A DNA stretch of 64,000 nt. It comes from Clostridia bacterium (lineage in GTDB: Bacteria > Bacillota > Clostridia > Christensenellales > QALW01). Shown here one piece after another: positions 29,403 through 38,629 of the stretch. The notes beneath the pieces are model-generated. The model saw only the letters and a program-made list of their open reading frames with translations. It was not told the origin of the DNA and did not search any database. Each line of letters begins with the position of its first letter. Position 1 is the stretch's first letter. A program made the position numbers and the translations under genes. The stretch lies in the NCBI GenBank assembly GCA_045652205.1, contig JAZRTX010000023.1:8897-72896 (forward strand), read 5' to 3'.

Positions 29403-29446
29403 AAAAAAATCCCCTTTGCTTTGATTATTGGCAAAGGGGGTTTTGA
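29403..29446 (-). terminator. intrinsic terminator after yfcE that abuts the next start codon
   Basis: CCCCTTTGC / GCAAAGGGG stem, then ATTTTTTT, then directly the ATG at 29402. Confidence 0.65.
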
Positions 29447-29992
29447 TTATTCTGAAATTTTTATAATATCCTTAATTTCATTTTCAAAGGTTTTTAAGGT
29501 AAATGTGCCGTCACGGTAAATAGCGTAGCCCCTGAAATCGTTTTTAGGTAATGATACAGAGCCTGGGTTTATATAAATAATATCTTCGGTTTCCTTAATT
29601 TCGCCTATATGAAAATGGCCGTTAATTAAAATATCGCCTTTATTTAAGAGTGGCGGATTATCCAAGGAAAACAGATGACCGTGTGTAATAAACACCTGAC
29701 GTTTTTCTAAAAACATAGTTAAACTATCCTGCATTATAGGAAATTCAAGAACCATCTGATCAACTTCCGCATCGCAGTTACCGCGCACTGCAAGAATATT
29801 TGCTTTGTTTTCGTTAAGCATTTTAATACATTCCTGTGGGTTATAATCCCTTGGAAGCGGATTACGGGGTCCGTGATATAAAAGGTCGCCAAGCAAAATA
29901 AGTTTATCTGCCTGTTCGTTTTTAAAGGCTTCAAACACCTTTTTAAGATAATAAGAAGATCCGTGAATATCGGAAGCAAACATAAGTTTCAT
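29447..29992 (-). CDS. yfcE: phosphodiesterase YfcE
   Basis: MKLMFASDIHGS, LGDLLYHGPRNPLP, VRGNCD and THGH closely follow my recollection of E. coli YfcE. Confidence 0.85.
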   Translation of the reverse strand: MKLMFASDIHGSSYYLKKVFEAFKNEQADKLILLGDLLYHGPRNPLPRDYNPQECIKMLNENKANILAVRGNCDAEVDQMVLEFPIMQDSLTMFLEKRQVFITHGHLFSLDNPPLLNKGDILINGHFHIGEIKETEDIIYINPGSVSLPKNDFRGYAIYRDGTFTLKTFENEIKDIIKISE

Positions 29993-30128
29993 AATTTGTA
30001 CCTCTTTTTCGTTTTGCTTGATTTAGTATAATTTAAAAAAATCCCATTGTCAACATAAAAATATAGTGCAATTTGTAATTATTTATGATATAATATTTTA
30101 ATATAAACTGACTGCGAGGTGCAAACAA

Positions 30129-31340
30129 ATGAAATATCTTGTTCTTTTAGGCGACGGAATGGCTGATATGCCATTAAACGAATTACAAGGCAAAACCCCA
30201 ATGGAAGCAGCAAAAAAGCCTTTAATTGACTATATGGCAAAAAACGGCGAGGTTGGTATGGTTAATATCACCCCCGAAGGCTGTAAAGGCGGTAGTGACG
30301 TTGGTAATCTTTCAGCCTTAGGCTACGACCCAAGAGTTTATCTTACAGGCCGTGCGCCCTTGGAAGCTGCTGCTATGGGCATTAAGATGAGTGAAACGGA
30401 TATTGCATTAAGATGCAATCTTGCCTGCGTTTCTGATGAAGAAAACTACGAAGACAAGACCATGGTGGATTATTCAAGCGATGAAATAACCACCGATGAA
30501 GCAAGCGAGCTTATTGACGCTTTAAATGAAGGCCTTTCAAATGAATTTTTAGAGTTTTATTCAGGTATTTCATACAGGCACATTTTAATTATTCACGGCG
30601 GTAACGCTAACGTTACACTTACACCGCCCCACGATATTACAGGCAAAAAGGTTTTTGACTATCTTCCTAAAGGTGAAGGAAAAGATATTTTATTAGACTT
30701 AATGAAAAAGAGCCACGAAATATTAAAGAACCACCCTGTAAACCTTAAAAGAAAAGCAAAAGGCAAAAGAATGGCTAACACCTGTTGGTTCTGGGGTGTT
30801 GGTTCAAAGCCGGGGCTTTCACCATTTAATGAAAAGTACGGTTTATCAGGTGCGGCTGTTACCGCAGTTGATTTGGTTCGCGGTATTGCACGCCTTGCAG
30901 ATATGGAAACCTATGACGTTATAAACGCAACAGGCACCCTTGAAACTAATTTTATGGGTAAAGCCAAGGCTACCTTAACTGCCTTTGACGAGGGCAAGGA
31001 TTTTGTTTACCTTCATTTTGAAGCCCCTGACGAGTGCGGACACAGAGGCGAAATCAACCGCAAAGTAAAGGCTATTGAAATGCTTGATACGGTATTAACC
31101 TTTGTTGTAAACGGATTACGCGCAAGAGGAGAAGATTACGGCGTTTTAATTATGCCTGACCATCCTACACCTATCCCAACAGGCACACATTCAAGCGCAC
31201 CTGTTCCCTACTGTATTTATTACTCTAACAACGAAAGAACAAATTCAGTTACTAACCTTTGTGAAAAACAGGCTGAAGCAACAGGGGTTGTTCAGGAAAT
31301 AGGCTATGAGCTTTTAGAAAGATTCTTTAAAGGAGTTTAA
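30129..31340 (+). CDS. apgM: cofactor-independent phosphoglycerate mutase, archaeal-type (ApgM family)
   Basis: MKYLVLLGDGMADMPL start, EAPDECGH and PDHPTP motifs, ~400 aa. Confidence 0.85.
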   Translation: MKYLVLLGDGMADMPLNELQGKTPMEAAKKPLIDYMAKNGEVGMVNITPEGCKGGSDVGNLSALGYDPRVYLTGRAPLEAAAMGIKMSETDIALRCNLACVSDEENYEDKTMVDYSSDEITTDEASELIDALNEGLSNEFLEFYSGISYRHILIIHGGNANVTLTPPHDITGKKVFDYLPKGEGKDILLDLMKKSHEILKNHPVNLKRKAKGKRMANTCWFWGVGSKPGLSPFNEKYGLSGAAVTAVDLVRGIARLADMETYDVINATGTLETNFMGKAKATLTAFDEGKDFVYLHFEAPDECGHRGEINRKVKAIEMLDTVLTFVVNGLRARGEDYGVLIMPDHPTPIPTGTHSSAPVPYCIYYSNNERTNSVTNLCEKQAEATGVVQEIGYELLERFFKGV

Positions 31341-31344
31341 TTTA

Positions 31345-32358
31345 ATGGAAGATTATACTGTTTTACCTGAAATCGTTCAGGCAAAATATGACGATAAGCG
31401 ATTTCCGAAAATATGGCACGCCATTTTAGGCGCTGCAGTAATGTATCTGCCCGTTTACACAGTTATAATTTTGCTTGCACTTTCAACAGGCGGATTATAT
31501 ACAAGATTATTTAATAGCGCATTTGGGCTTGATATGTTCAATGGAGTTTTAAGCCAGTTTTTTGCAGTGCTTATAATCCCAATATTTATGCTTTTAATTA
31601 CAAAAAGAGATATGGGAGTAACTTTAAGGCTTAAAAAGAACATTGATATTTTGCAGGTTTTACTTTTAGCCGTTTTTTCTGCGGGTGTTTTCTTTTTGTT
31701 ACAGATAATAAACGGTATGTTTATTACAACTTTCTCGGGCTTTTTAGGTGAGCCAAGTGAAGCAGGAACAATAACTGATGCTACTAACTTAACACAGTTA
31801 ATGTTTGAAATAGTTATTGTTGCAGGATTGCCTGCAATTTGTGAAGAAATTTTCTTCCGCGGGTTCGTTATGCGCGCCTTTGAAAGAAAATCCCGGATAA
31901 AAGCCATTTTAATGTCTGCCATAATTTTTGCAGTTATGCACGGCAACTTTAAACAGCTTATTTACGCGTTTTTATGCGGTATCGTTTTAGGTACTGTTGT
32001 TACTTTAACGGATTCACTTTTAGCAGGTTGTGTAATTCACTTTACACTTAATGCAATAAGCGTTCTGTTTTCTTACCCGCCAATCAACGACCTTTATATG
32101 TATTGTGTAAATAATTACGAGTATATCTTTTCTTCCGTTGTTATGCTTGTTTTACCTGTATTTGCTTTTGGCGCTATGGCATTATTTATTCTTTACACCC
32201 TTAAAAAGAACAAAAACAAGTATGGTTCAAGAGTTCCCACAGATATGAACTGTGTTAGCCTTATGCCCAAGGAAAAAAGCGGAGAAAAGGTTATAAAAAC
32301 TATTTCCTGGATTGCATTTGTTTTAATTAACGTAATATTTATGTTTACATCCTGGTAA
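31345..32358 (+). CDS. CPBP family intramembrane glutamic endopeptidase (CAAX protease-like)
   Basis: Polytopic, with EEIFFRGF and FAVMHG motifs. Confidence 0.8.
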   Translation: MEDYTVLPEIVQAKYDDKRFPKIWHAILGAAVMYLPVYTVIILLALSTGGLYTRLFNSAFGLDMFNGVLSQFFAVLIIPIFMLLITKRDMGVTLRLKKNIDILQVLLLAVFSAGVFFLLQIINGMFITTFSGFLGEPSEAGTITDATNLTQLMFEIVIVAGLPAICEEIFFRGFVMRAFERKSRIKAILMSAIIFAVMHGNFKQLIYAFLCGIVLGTVVTLTDSLLAGCVIHFTLNAISVLFSYPPINDLYMYCVNNYEYIFSSVVMLVLPVFAFGAMALFILYTLKKNKNKYGSRVPTDMNCVSLMPKEKSGEKVIKTISWIAFVLINVIFMFTSW

Positions 32359-32363
32359 GAGAT

Positions 32364-32834
32364 ATGAGTGTTAAAATTGTTGCCGTTGGCAAAGAACAAA
32401 AGATGTATCAGGAGATACAAAAGGAATTTGAAAAGCGTTTGCAAAGATACGTTAAATTTTCTTTAATTGAGGTTGGCGATGAGCAAGCCCCAGAAAAACT
32501 TACTGATGCACAGAAAAAAGCCGTTCAATTAACTGAATGGGAAAAGATTTTAAAAAAGTTAGACGATAGGGATTTTGTTGTTGCGTTAGATTCAACAGGC
32601 AAAAAACTTACAAGCGAGGGATTGGCAAGCCACATAGAAAAGTGGCAGGAAAACAAGAACATTGTTTTTATTTTAGGCGGTTCCTTAGGCTTTCACGAAA
32701 ACGCACTTAAACGTGCAGACTTTACACTTTCGTTATCGGATATGACCTTTACTCATTCAATGGCAAGGGTAATTTTAATGGAGCAGATTTACAGGGGCTA
32801 CAAAATTATCAACAAGGAGCCTTATCACAAGTGA
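32364..32834 (+). CDS. rlmH: 23S rRNA (pseudouridine1915-N3)-methyltransferase
   Basis: SPOUT fold of ~155 aa, VKIVAVGK start, C-terminal EQIYRGYKIINKEPYHK. Confidence 0.9.
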   Translation: MSVKIVAVGKEQKMYQEIQKEFEKRLQRYVKFSLIEVGDEQAPEKLTDAQKKAVQLTEWEKILKKLDDRDFVVALDSTGKKLTSEGLASHIEKWQENKNIVFILGGSLGFHENALKRADFTLSLSDMTFTHSMARVILMEQIYRGYKIINKEPYHK

Positions 32835-33295
32835 TTATTAAAGACGACCATTATTTTATGAAAAAAGCCTTGTTACAGGCGCGTGTTGCTTATAAAAAAG
32901 GCGAAGTGCCTGTTGGTGCGGTTGTTGTAAAAGACGGTGAAATTATTTCCCGCGGATACAATTTAAGAGAAAGTACAAACGACCCTACCGCCCACGCTGA
33001 ATTATTGGCGATGAAAAAGGCTTCTAAAAAATTAAATTCCTGGCGCCTTTCAGGTTGCACCCTTTACGTTACCTTGGAGCCCTGCCCTATGTGTACGGGT
33101 TTAATAATAAATTCACGCATTGATAAAGTGGTTTTTGGGGCATACGACCAAAAGGCAGGTTGTTGCACAACCCTTTATCACCTTGCAACAGATGAACGCT
33201 TTAACCATCGCGCTTCTGTTTTAGGGGGCGTTATGGAAGAAGAATGCGCTAAAATTCTTTCTGATTTTTTTAAAGAAAAAAGAAATAACCGATGA
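32831..33295 (+). CDS. tadA: tRNA adenosine(34) deaminase
   Basis: HAE and PCPMC zinc motifs, ~150 aa. GTGA overlap with rlmH. Confidence 0.9.
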   Translation: MIIKDDHYFMKKALLQARVAYKKGEVPVGAVVVKDGEIISRGYNLRESTNDPTAHAELLAMKKASKKLNSWRLSGCTLYVTLEPCPMCTGLIINSRIDKVVFGAYDQKAGCCTTLYHLATDERFNHRASVLGGVMEEECAKILSDFFKEKRNNR

Positions 33296-33318
33296 GAAAA
33301 ATCTCATCGGTTTTTTTA
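33288..33318. terminator. bidirectional terminator between tadA and the isomerase gene
   Basis: ACCGATGAG / CTCATCGGT stem followed by TTTTTTT. Confidence 0.7.
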
Positions 33319-34095
33319 TTCGTATAATTCTTTAAATTTATGATAGCTTTGTAAAAGTTCGTCAGGTTGTTTAAAACAGCCATCATAGACTTCTATCATA
33401 ACGGGAACGTCAATGTTATTAAGCTTATTAAAAAGGCTTTTATAATCGTAATAGCCAAAGGTGGGAAGCACCATATTGCCTGATTCATCAAAATCCACAA
33501 TATGAACGTTTTTGATTTTACCTTGCATATCAATAATATATTTATCAACAGGCGTATCGCTTTGTTTTGCCTGTTTTATATCTAACGTTGTGCCGATTTC
33601 TTCTTTCAAAAAGGGAGAAAGATTTTTCATAAAATCAGGGTGGTTATAATGGGTCCAATGAACGTTTTCCCAAGTTAAAAGCATATCGTGTTTTTTAGCT
33701 ATTTGGGCTAATTCGCTTGTTCTTTCGCCAAAGAACTGATAATTAGTTACGTACTTAGTATATTTCATTTGTTGGGGGCCGTGAAGCACGTATATTTTTG
33801 CACCTAACCTTTGCCCTATCTTTATACAAGATGTAAAAATCTTTTTTGCATCTTCGTACTGCCTTAAAGATTTAGAAAAAAGCTGACCTTCAAACTGAGA
33901 ATTAAGGGTATGTATTGAATGAACGTTTACGTTTCCTTGCTTTTCTTTTAAAATTTTGCCAAAGCTTTCATCGTATTCAGAATATGACGAAAGAAAAACC
34001 TCACAATTTTCAACACCGTTTTTATTAAAAAATTCTAATGCTTCTTCGGTATACATTTTGCCGTAAAGCGATGCAGTTGAAATACCTGTTTTCAT
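33316..34095 (-). CDS. sugar phosphate isomerase/epimerase (xylose isomerase-like TIM barrel)
   Basis: ~260 aa with family-typical alternating pattern (VLHG..., WENV..., IVDFDE). Call by general resemblance only. Confidence 0.6.
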   Translation of the reverse strand: MKTGISTASLYGKMYTEEALEFFNKNGVENCEVFLSSYSEYDESFGKILKEKQGNVNVHSIHTLNSQFEGQLFSKSLRQYEDAKKIFTSCIKIGQRLGAKIYVLHGPQQMKYTKYVTNYQFFGERTSELAQIAKKHDMLLTWENVHWTHYNHPDFMKNLSPFLKEEIGTTLDIKQAKQSDTPVDKYIIDMQGKIKNVHIVDFDESGNMVLPTFGYYDYKSLFNKLNNIDVPVMIEVYDGCFKQPDELLQSYHKFKELYE

Positions 34096-34100
34096 AACTT

Positions 34101-34673
34101 TTACCTCAATTTATCAAGCGAAAGATCAAATCCACTTACAAAGTTATCCATAAAATATTTAACCTCAGGCGAATCAATTTTATCAATATCCTGTTTTATG
34201 GAATTTTGGGCGTCAATAAATTCGTTATTGCCTGCATTAACTTCTTCAACGCATTTTAAATACGCGCAAATTCTATCTGCATACTTTATAAGCTTTTTTT
34301 CTTCCGTATCCTGAACGTTTAAAATAGGCAAAAAGTCTTCTTCAAATTCATTTGGAAGCATTTTGCATATTTGTTCAGTTGCAATTTTTTCAATCTCTTT
34401 ATATGCAGTTTTAATTTCGGGATTATAATATTTAATTGGCGTTGGAAGGTCACCTGTAATGATTTCGCTGGCTTCGTGATACATCGCTTTTACCGCAATG
34501 GAATCTACATTATAATTTTTTTCATAAATTTTGTTGCCGATTAAGGCAAGCATGTGGGCTATCATAGCGGTTTGCAGGGAATGTTCCTGAATATTTTCTT
34601 CCCTTACAGAGCGCATAAGCCCCCAACGGCGAATATATTTCATTCTTGCCATTAATGCGAAAAAGTTACTCAT
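34101..34673 (-). CDS. HD-domain 5'-deoxynucleotidase (YfbR-like)
   Basis: RMKYIRRWGLMRSVREENIQEHS and HEASEIITGD(L)PTP motifs. Confidence 0.8.
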   Translation of the reverse strand: MSNFFALMARMKYIRRWGLMRSVREENIQEHSLQTAMIAHMLALIGNKIYEKNYNVDSIAVKAMYHEASEIITGDLPTPIKYYNPEIKTAYKEIEKIATEQICKMLPNEFEEDFLPILNVQDTEEKKLIKYADRICAYLKCVEEVNAGNNEFIDAQNSIKQDIDKIDSPEVKYFMDNFVSGFDLSLDKLR

Positions 34674-34721
34674 AATAAATACCTCAAAAAAATTCTTATA
34701 TCTATTATATCATATTTTTGC

Positions 34722-34749
34722 TTGACATCAACACTTTTTGTGATATACT
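34722..34749 (+). promoter_or_regulatory. sigma-A promoter of the thiT leader
   Basis: TTGACA (34722-34727), 16 nt, TG-extended TATACT (34744-34749). Confidence 0.6.
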
Positions 34750-34765
34750 TTAATAAAACTGTATA

Positions 34766-34856
34766 TCTGCTTGGGGAGTCCTTTAAAAAGGGCTGAGATT
34801 GCAAGAATGCTAAACCCATTAAACCTGTGTAGATAATCCTACCGTAGGGAAGCGAA
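34766..34856 (+). promoter_or_regulatory. TPP (THI-box) riboswitch aptamer
   Basis: CTTGGGGAGTCC...GGCTGAGA...ACCC.TT.AACCTG...GATAATCCTACCGTAGGGAAGC matches the conserved thiamine pyrophosphate aptamer core. It lies upstream of a ThiT-type transporter. Confidence 0.9.
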
Positions 34857-34873
34857 ACAAGTCTGAAAAATTG

Positions 34874-34912
34874 ACCGTATATCCCTATGATATACGGTTT
34901 TAATTTTTTAGA
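34874..34912 (+). terminator. riboswitch expression-platform terminator
   Basis: ACCGTATATC / GATATACGGT stem followed by TTTTAATTTTTT, 18 nt before the thiT start. Confidence 0.8.
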
Positions 34913-34929
34913 AAGGAAGTGTTTTAATT

Positions 34930-35595
34930 ATGTCACTTCAAAATTTGTCACTTAGTTCCTATTTTCAAGAAATGCTTGATAAGTTTTTAGAGCTTGACTT
35001 AACTTTAACTCTGATATCCGTTTTATTTGCAGTTATTGTGGTACTTGTTTTAAGATTTATCAACAAAAAAACCGGCGGGCTTAAATGGGACACGCGAAAG
35101 CTTACTTACGGTGCAGTTTGTATCGCGTTATCCTTTATACTTTCTTATATCCGCTTGTGGAAAATGCCAAACGGTGGCTCTGTAACTGCGGCAAGTATGT
35201 TACCTATGCTTGCTTACGGCTATATGGCAGGTCCGCTTTGGGGCTTTATTGCAGGTATTGCTTATTCCTGTCTGCAGTTTTTACAGGAATCTTATTTCCT
35301 TTCCCTGCCCCAGTTTTTGTTTGACTACATTTTCCCCTTTGTTGCAATAAGCACGCTTTCAGGTGTGTTTAGAACAAAAAACAAAGCGTTAAACCTTTAT
35401 CTTGGTTTTAGCCTTGCAATTTTAGTAAGATATTTATGCCACGTTTTTGCAGGTATTGTTTTCTGGGCAGAATATGCACCTTATAATCCTGTTTTATACA
35501 GTTTTGCTTATAACGCCTTTGTGTTTGTTGATGCTATTCCCTGCTTTATCTTAATTGCAATACCAAAAATACAAAAGTTGTTTAAAAGAATATAA
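34930..35595 (+). CDS. thiT: thiamine transporter, ThiT/YuaJ family (ECF S-component type)
   Basis: Six-TM small membrane protein (MPNGGSVTAASMLP motif) directly behind a TPP riboswitch. Confidence 0.75.
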   Translation: MSLQNLSLSSYFQEMLDKFLELDLTLTLISVLFAVIVVLVLRFINKKTGGLKWDTRKLTYGAVCIALSFILSYIRLWKMPNGGSVTAASMLPMLAYGYMAGPLWGFIAGIAYSCLQFLQESYFLSLPQFLFDYIFPFVAISTLSGVFRTKNKALNLYLGFSLAILVRYLCHVFAGIVFWAEYAPYNPVLYSFAYNAFVFVDAIPCFILIAIPKIQKLFKRI

Positions 35596-35600
35596 ATTTT

Positions 35601-35626
35601 TACCCCGTTTTTACGGGGTTTTTTCT
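35601..35626 (+). terminator. intrinsic terminator after thiT
   Basis: ACCCCGT / ACGGGGT stem followed by TTTTTT. Confidence 0.7.
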
Positions 35627-35684
35627 TGCTAAAATTCGTTTTTTTCTTTATAATATTGGTATATTTATATTAAAGGTGTTATGT

Positions 35685-37415
35685 ATGAAAACAAAAGCAT
35701 TGTTAAAAACCTTTTTCCCTTATTATAAGCCTTATATTCCAACGCTTATTTTAGACCTTTTTTGCGCGCTTTTAACAACAGGGTGCGAAATTGTGTTTCC
35801 GTTAATCGTAAGGGAAATTACAGGCAGGGCAACTGATGCACCTGAAAGCCTTACCTTAAACTTTATTATTACCGCAGGCATCATTTATCTTGCTTTAAGG
35901 CTTATTGATACCTGTGCCAATTATTATATGGCGTCTATCGGGCATATTATGGGCACAAAAATTGAAACAGATATGCGTTCTTCTTTCTTTTCTCACTTAG
36001 AAAAGCTTTCTTTTGGCTTTTACGATAACGCAAAAATCGGTCAGATTATGTCCCGTATTACAAGCGACCTTTTTGACATTACTGAGTTTGCGCACCACTG
36101 CCCCGAAGAATTTTTAATTGCAGGTATTAAAATATTTGTTTCGTTCGGTATTCTTTTAACCTTTAATATTCCACTTACTTTAATCTTATTTGCCTGTGTG
36201 CCGATAATGATTCTTGTGCTTATGTTCTTTAACAGAAGAATGAAAGCAGGGTTCAGAGAATCAAGGAAGACCGTTGGCGAATTGAATTCACAGGTAGAAG
36301 ACAGTCTTTTAGGTATTCGCGTTGTTAAATCCTTTGCAAATGAAGAAATTGAAAAAGAAAAGTTTGAAAAAGGCAACAAAAGGTTCTTAAAAGTAAAAAA
36401 ACAGGTTTATCACTATATGGCAGGCTTTCAATCTTCAACACGCTTTTTTGAAGGCTTTATGTATATTATCATTATCGTTATCGGCGCCATATTCCTTATA
36501 AATAACCAAATAGCCGTTGCAGATTTTATTGCGTATCTTTTATACGTTTCTACCTTGCTTGTTTCAATAAGGCGAATTGTTGAGTTTGCCGAGCAGTTCC
36601 AAAGGGGTATGACGGGTATTGAACGGTTTAGTGAAATTATGAACACCGTTCCTGATATTACCGATACGCCGAATGCTTCACTTTTAACAAACGTTGAAGG
36701 CGAAATTGAATTTAAAAATGCTTCCTTTTCTTATGGCAAAGGTCTTGATAACGTTTTAACAAACATTAACCTTAAAATCAAAAAGGGCGAAAACATTGCT
36801 TTAGTTGGTCCATCAGGTTCAGGAAAGACTACTATCTGCAATCTTATTCCCCGTTTTTACGAATTAACAGAAGGTGAAATCACCATTGACGGACAAAACA
36901 TCAAAAACGTTACAATGGAATCTTTAAGGCGCAATATCGGTATTGTTCAGCAAGACGTTTACCTGTTTTCAGGCACAGTTAAGGAAAATATTTTGTACGG
37001 TCTTCCCGGTGCAAAAGAAGAAGATATAATAAACGCAGCCAAGCTTGCAGGCGCACACGAATTTATTTTAAGTTTGCCTGATGGTTACGACACTTACGTT
37101 GGTGAAAGAGGCGTTAAGCTTTCAGGCGGGCAAAAGCAAAGAATTTCTATTGCCCGCGTTTTCTTAAAAAATCCGCCTATTTTAATTTTAGACGAAGCCA
37201 CAAGTGCCTTAGATAACGAAAGCGAGCATCTTGTTCAAAAATCACTTGAAACCTTAGCAAAAGGCAGAACTACTTTAACCATCGCGCACCGCCTTACCAC
37301 CGTTAAAAATGCTGACAGAATTCTTGTTTTAACTGACGATGGCATTAAAGAAGAAGGCACCCACGAAGAGTTAATGAAATTAAACGGCATTTACGCATCA
37401 CTTTATTTAATGTAA
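35685..37415 (+). CDS. ABC exporter, fused permease/ATPase (MsbA/ABCB type)
   Basis: Six-TM N-terminal half, Walker A GPSGSGKTT, signature LSGGQKQR, Walker B ILILDEATS. ATG 35685 lies 7 nt after AAAGGTG. Confidence 0.85.
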   Translation: MKTKALLKTFFPYYKPYIPTLILDLFCALLTTGCEIVFPLIVREITGRATDAPESLTLNFIITAGIIYLALRLIDTCANYYMASIGHIMGTKIETDMRSSFFSHLEKLSFGFYDNAKIGQIMSRITSDLFDITEFAHHCPEEFLIAGIKIFVSFGILLTFNIPLTLILFACVPIMILVLMFFNRRMKAGFRESRKTVGELNSQVEDSLLGIRVVKSFANEEIEKEKFEKGNKRFLKVKKQVYHYMAGFQSSTRFFEGFMYIIIIVIGAIFLINNQIAVADFIAYLLYVSTLLVSIRRIVEFAEQFQRGMTGIERFSEIMNTVPDITDTPNASLLTNVEGEIEFKNASFSYGKGLDNVLTNINLKIKKGENIALVGPSGSGKTTICNLIPRFYELTEGEITIDGQNIKNVTMESLRRNIGIVQQDVYLFSGTVKENILYGLPGAKEEDIINAAKLAGAHEFILSLPDGYDTYVGERGVKLSGGQKQRISIARVFLKNPPILILDEATSALDNESEHLVQKSLETLAKGRTTLTIAHRLTTVKNADRILVLTDDGIKEEGTHEELMKLNGIYASLYLM

Positions 37416-37531
37416 TTTTTATAAAACTATGCGTATATGAGAATAATTGTTTAGCACAAGTGTTTATTTTCTTATTTTAAGAGAATTATGTGGTTTTTGT
37501 TGGTTTCTTACTAATATTTTTCATATTTTAC

Positions 37532-37574
37532 TTGTAAAAACAAAAGAAATATATTATAATATCATTAACGTTAA
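37532..37574 (+). promoter_or_regulatory. fba promoter plus perfect palindrome TTAACGTTAA at the predicted start site
   Basis: TTGTAA (37532-37537), 17 nt, TATAAT (37555-37560). 10-bp palindrome at 37565-37574. Confidence 0.45.
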
Positions 37575-37594
37575 AAGAACGGAGAAACAAAACA

Positions 37595-38524
37595 ATGTTA
37601 GTAACAATGAATGAAATTTTGCCAGAAGCAAAAAAAGGTCATTATGCCGTTGGTTTATTTAATGCGGTAACCTTAGAATTAGCACAAGGTATTATTGCTG
37701 CGGCTGAAGAAACAGGCTCTCCTGTTATTTTCGGTACTGCGGAAGTTCTTTTACCATACAATTCATTAGAAGATCTTTCAATGATTTTGATTCCTATGGC
37801 AAAGCGCGCAAAGGTTCCTGTTGTTGTTCACCTTGACCACGGTTTACATAAAGAGACCTGCTTAAAGGCTTTAAAACTTGGTTTTTCATCAATTATGTAC
37901 GATTGTTCAACCGATACTTACGAAAACAACTGTGCACGCGTAAAGGAAATGGCTGATATTGCCCACTCCTACGGTGCATCTATTGAAGGCGAAATCGGTC
38001 ACGTTGGCGGTGCTGAAGGCGCTGCTACCGCAGAACAGCAGGCAGATGCTTCCAAGTTCTATACAACCCCTGAAGAAGCAAAGGACTTTGTTGAACGCAC
38101 AGGTGTTGATGCACTTGCTATTGCAGTTGGTACTGCACACGGTGCTTATAAATTACCACCTAAGTTAGATTTTGACCGTATTAAGAAAATTGCAAATACC
38201 GTTTCTACCCCCCTTGTTCTTCACGGTGGTTCAGGTTTAACGGATGAAGATTTCCGTAAATGTATTGAAATGGGTATTTCAAAGGTAAATATCTTTACTG
38301 ATATTAATATTGCCGCAGTTGAAGCAGCCCTTGCAAACTTTACTGATATGGGTAAAGGTATTATTGACCTTCTTCCTTCCATCCGTGAAGCTATTAAATT
38401 ATCTGTTAAAGAAAAAATGCAGTTATTTGGTTGCTGTGGTAAAGCTCCTGTTCCACAAAACGTTGTTGACGAAGCACTTGTTCGCAGAATCGTTGAAGAA
38501 ATTCTTCGCACATGCAAAGGTTAA
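37595..38524 (+). CDS. fba: class II fructose/ketose-bisphosphate aldolase
   Basis: YAVGLFNAVTLE, HLDHG and GHVGG...VLHGGSG motifs. Confidence 0.85.
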   Translation: MLVTMNEILPEAKKGHYAVGLFNAVTLELAQGIIAAAEETGSPVIFGTAEVLLPYNSLEDLSMILIPMAKRAKVPVVVHLDHGLHKETCLKALKLGFSSIMYDCSTDTYENNCARVKEMADIAHSYGASIEGEIGHVGGAEGAATAEQQADASKFYTTPEEAKDFVERTGVDALAIAVGTAHGAYKLPPKLDFDRIKKIANTVSTPLVLHGGSGLTDEDFRKCIEMGISKVNIFTDINIAAVEAALANFTDMGKGIIDLLPSIREAIKLSVKEKMQLFGCCGKAPVPQNVVDEALVRRIVEEILRTCKG

Positions 38525-38533
38525 TAATAAAAC

Positions 38534-38561
38534 AAAAAGAGCCTTTTGGGGCTCTTTTTTT
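38534..38561 (+). terminator. intrinsic terminator after fba
   Basis: AGAGCC / GGCTCT stem followed by TTTTTTT. Confidence 0.7.
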
Positions 38562-38629
38562 ACTATTGACATTGATTTTTTCGTAAAGTATAATATTTAA
38601 TAGAAAGTATTAGAAACGGAGGTCTATTT

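Noticed and set aside
31455-31946. 163-aa minus-strand ORF inside the CPBP protease gene, and similar internal ORFs (7889-8245, 21895-22203, 36041-36379, 38221-38517, 53113-53400 and others)
   Set aside because: They are contained within genes that have clear family motifs on the opposite strand, and have no independent start signals.
35085-35324. 79-aa same-strand alternative-frame ORF inside thiT
   Set aside because: It is fully nested in the riboswitch-controlled transporter gene, has no SD, and has a Cys/Arg/Leu-rich composition typical of an out-of-frame read.
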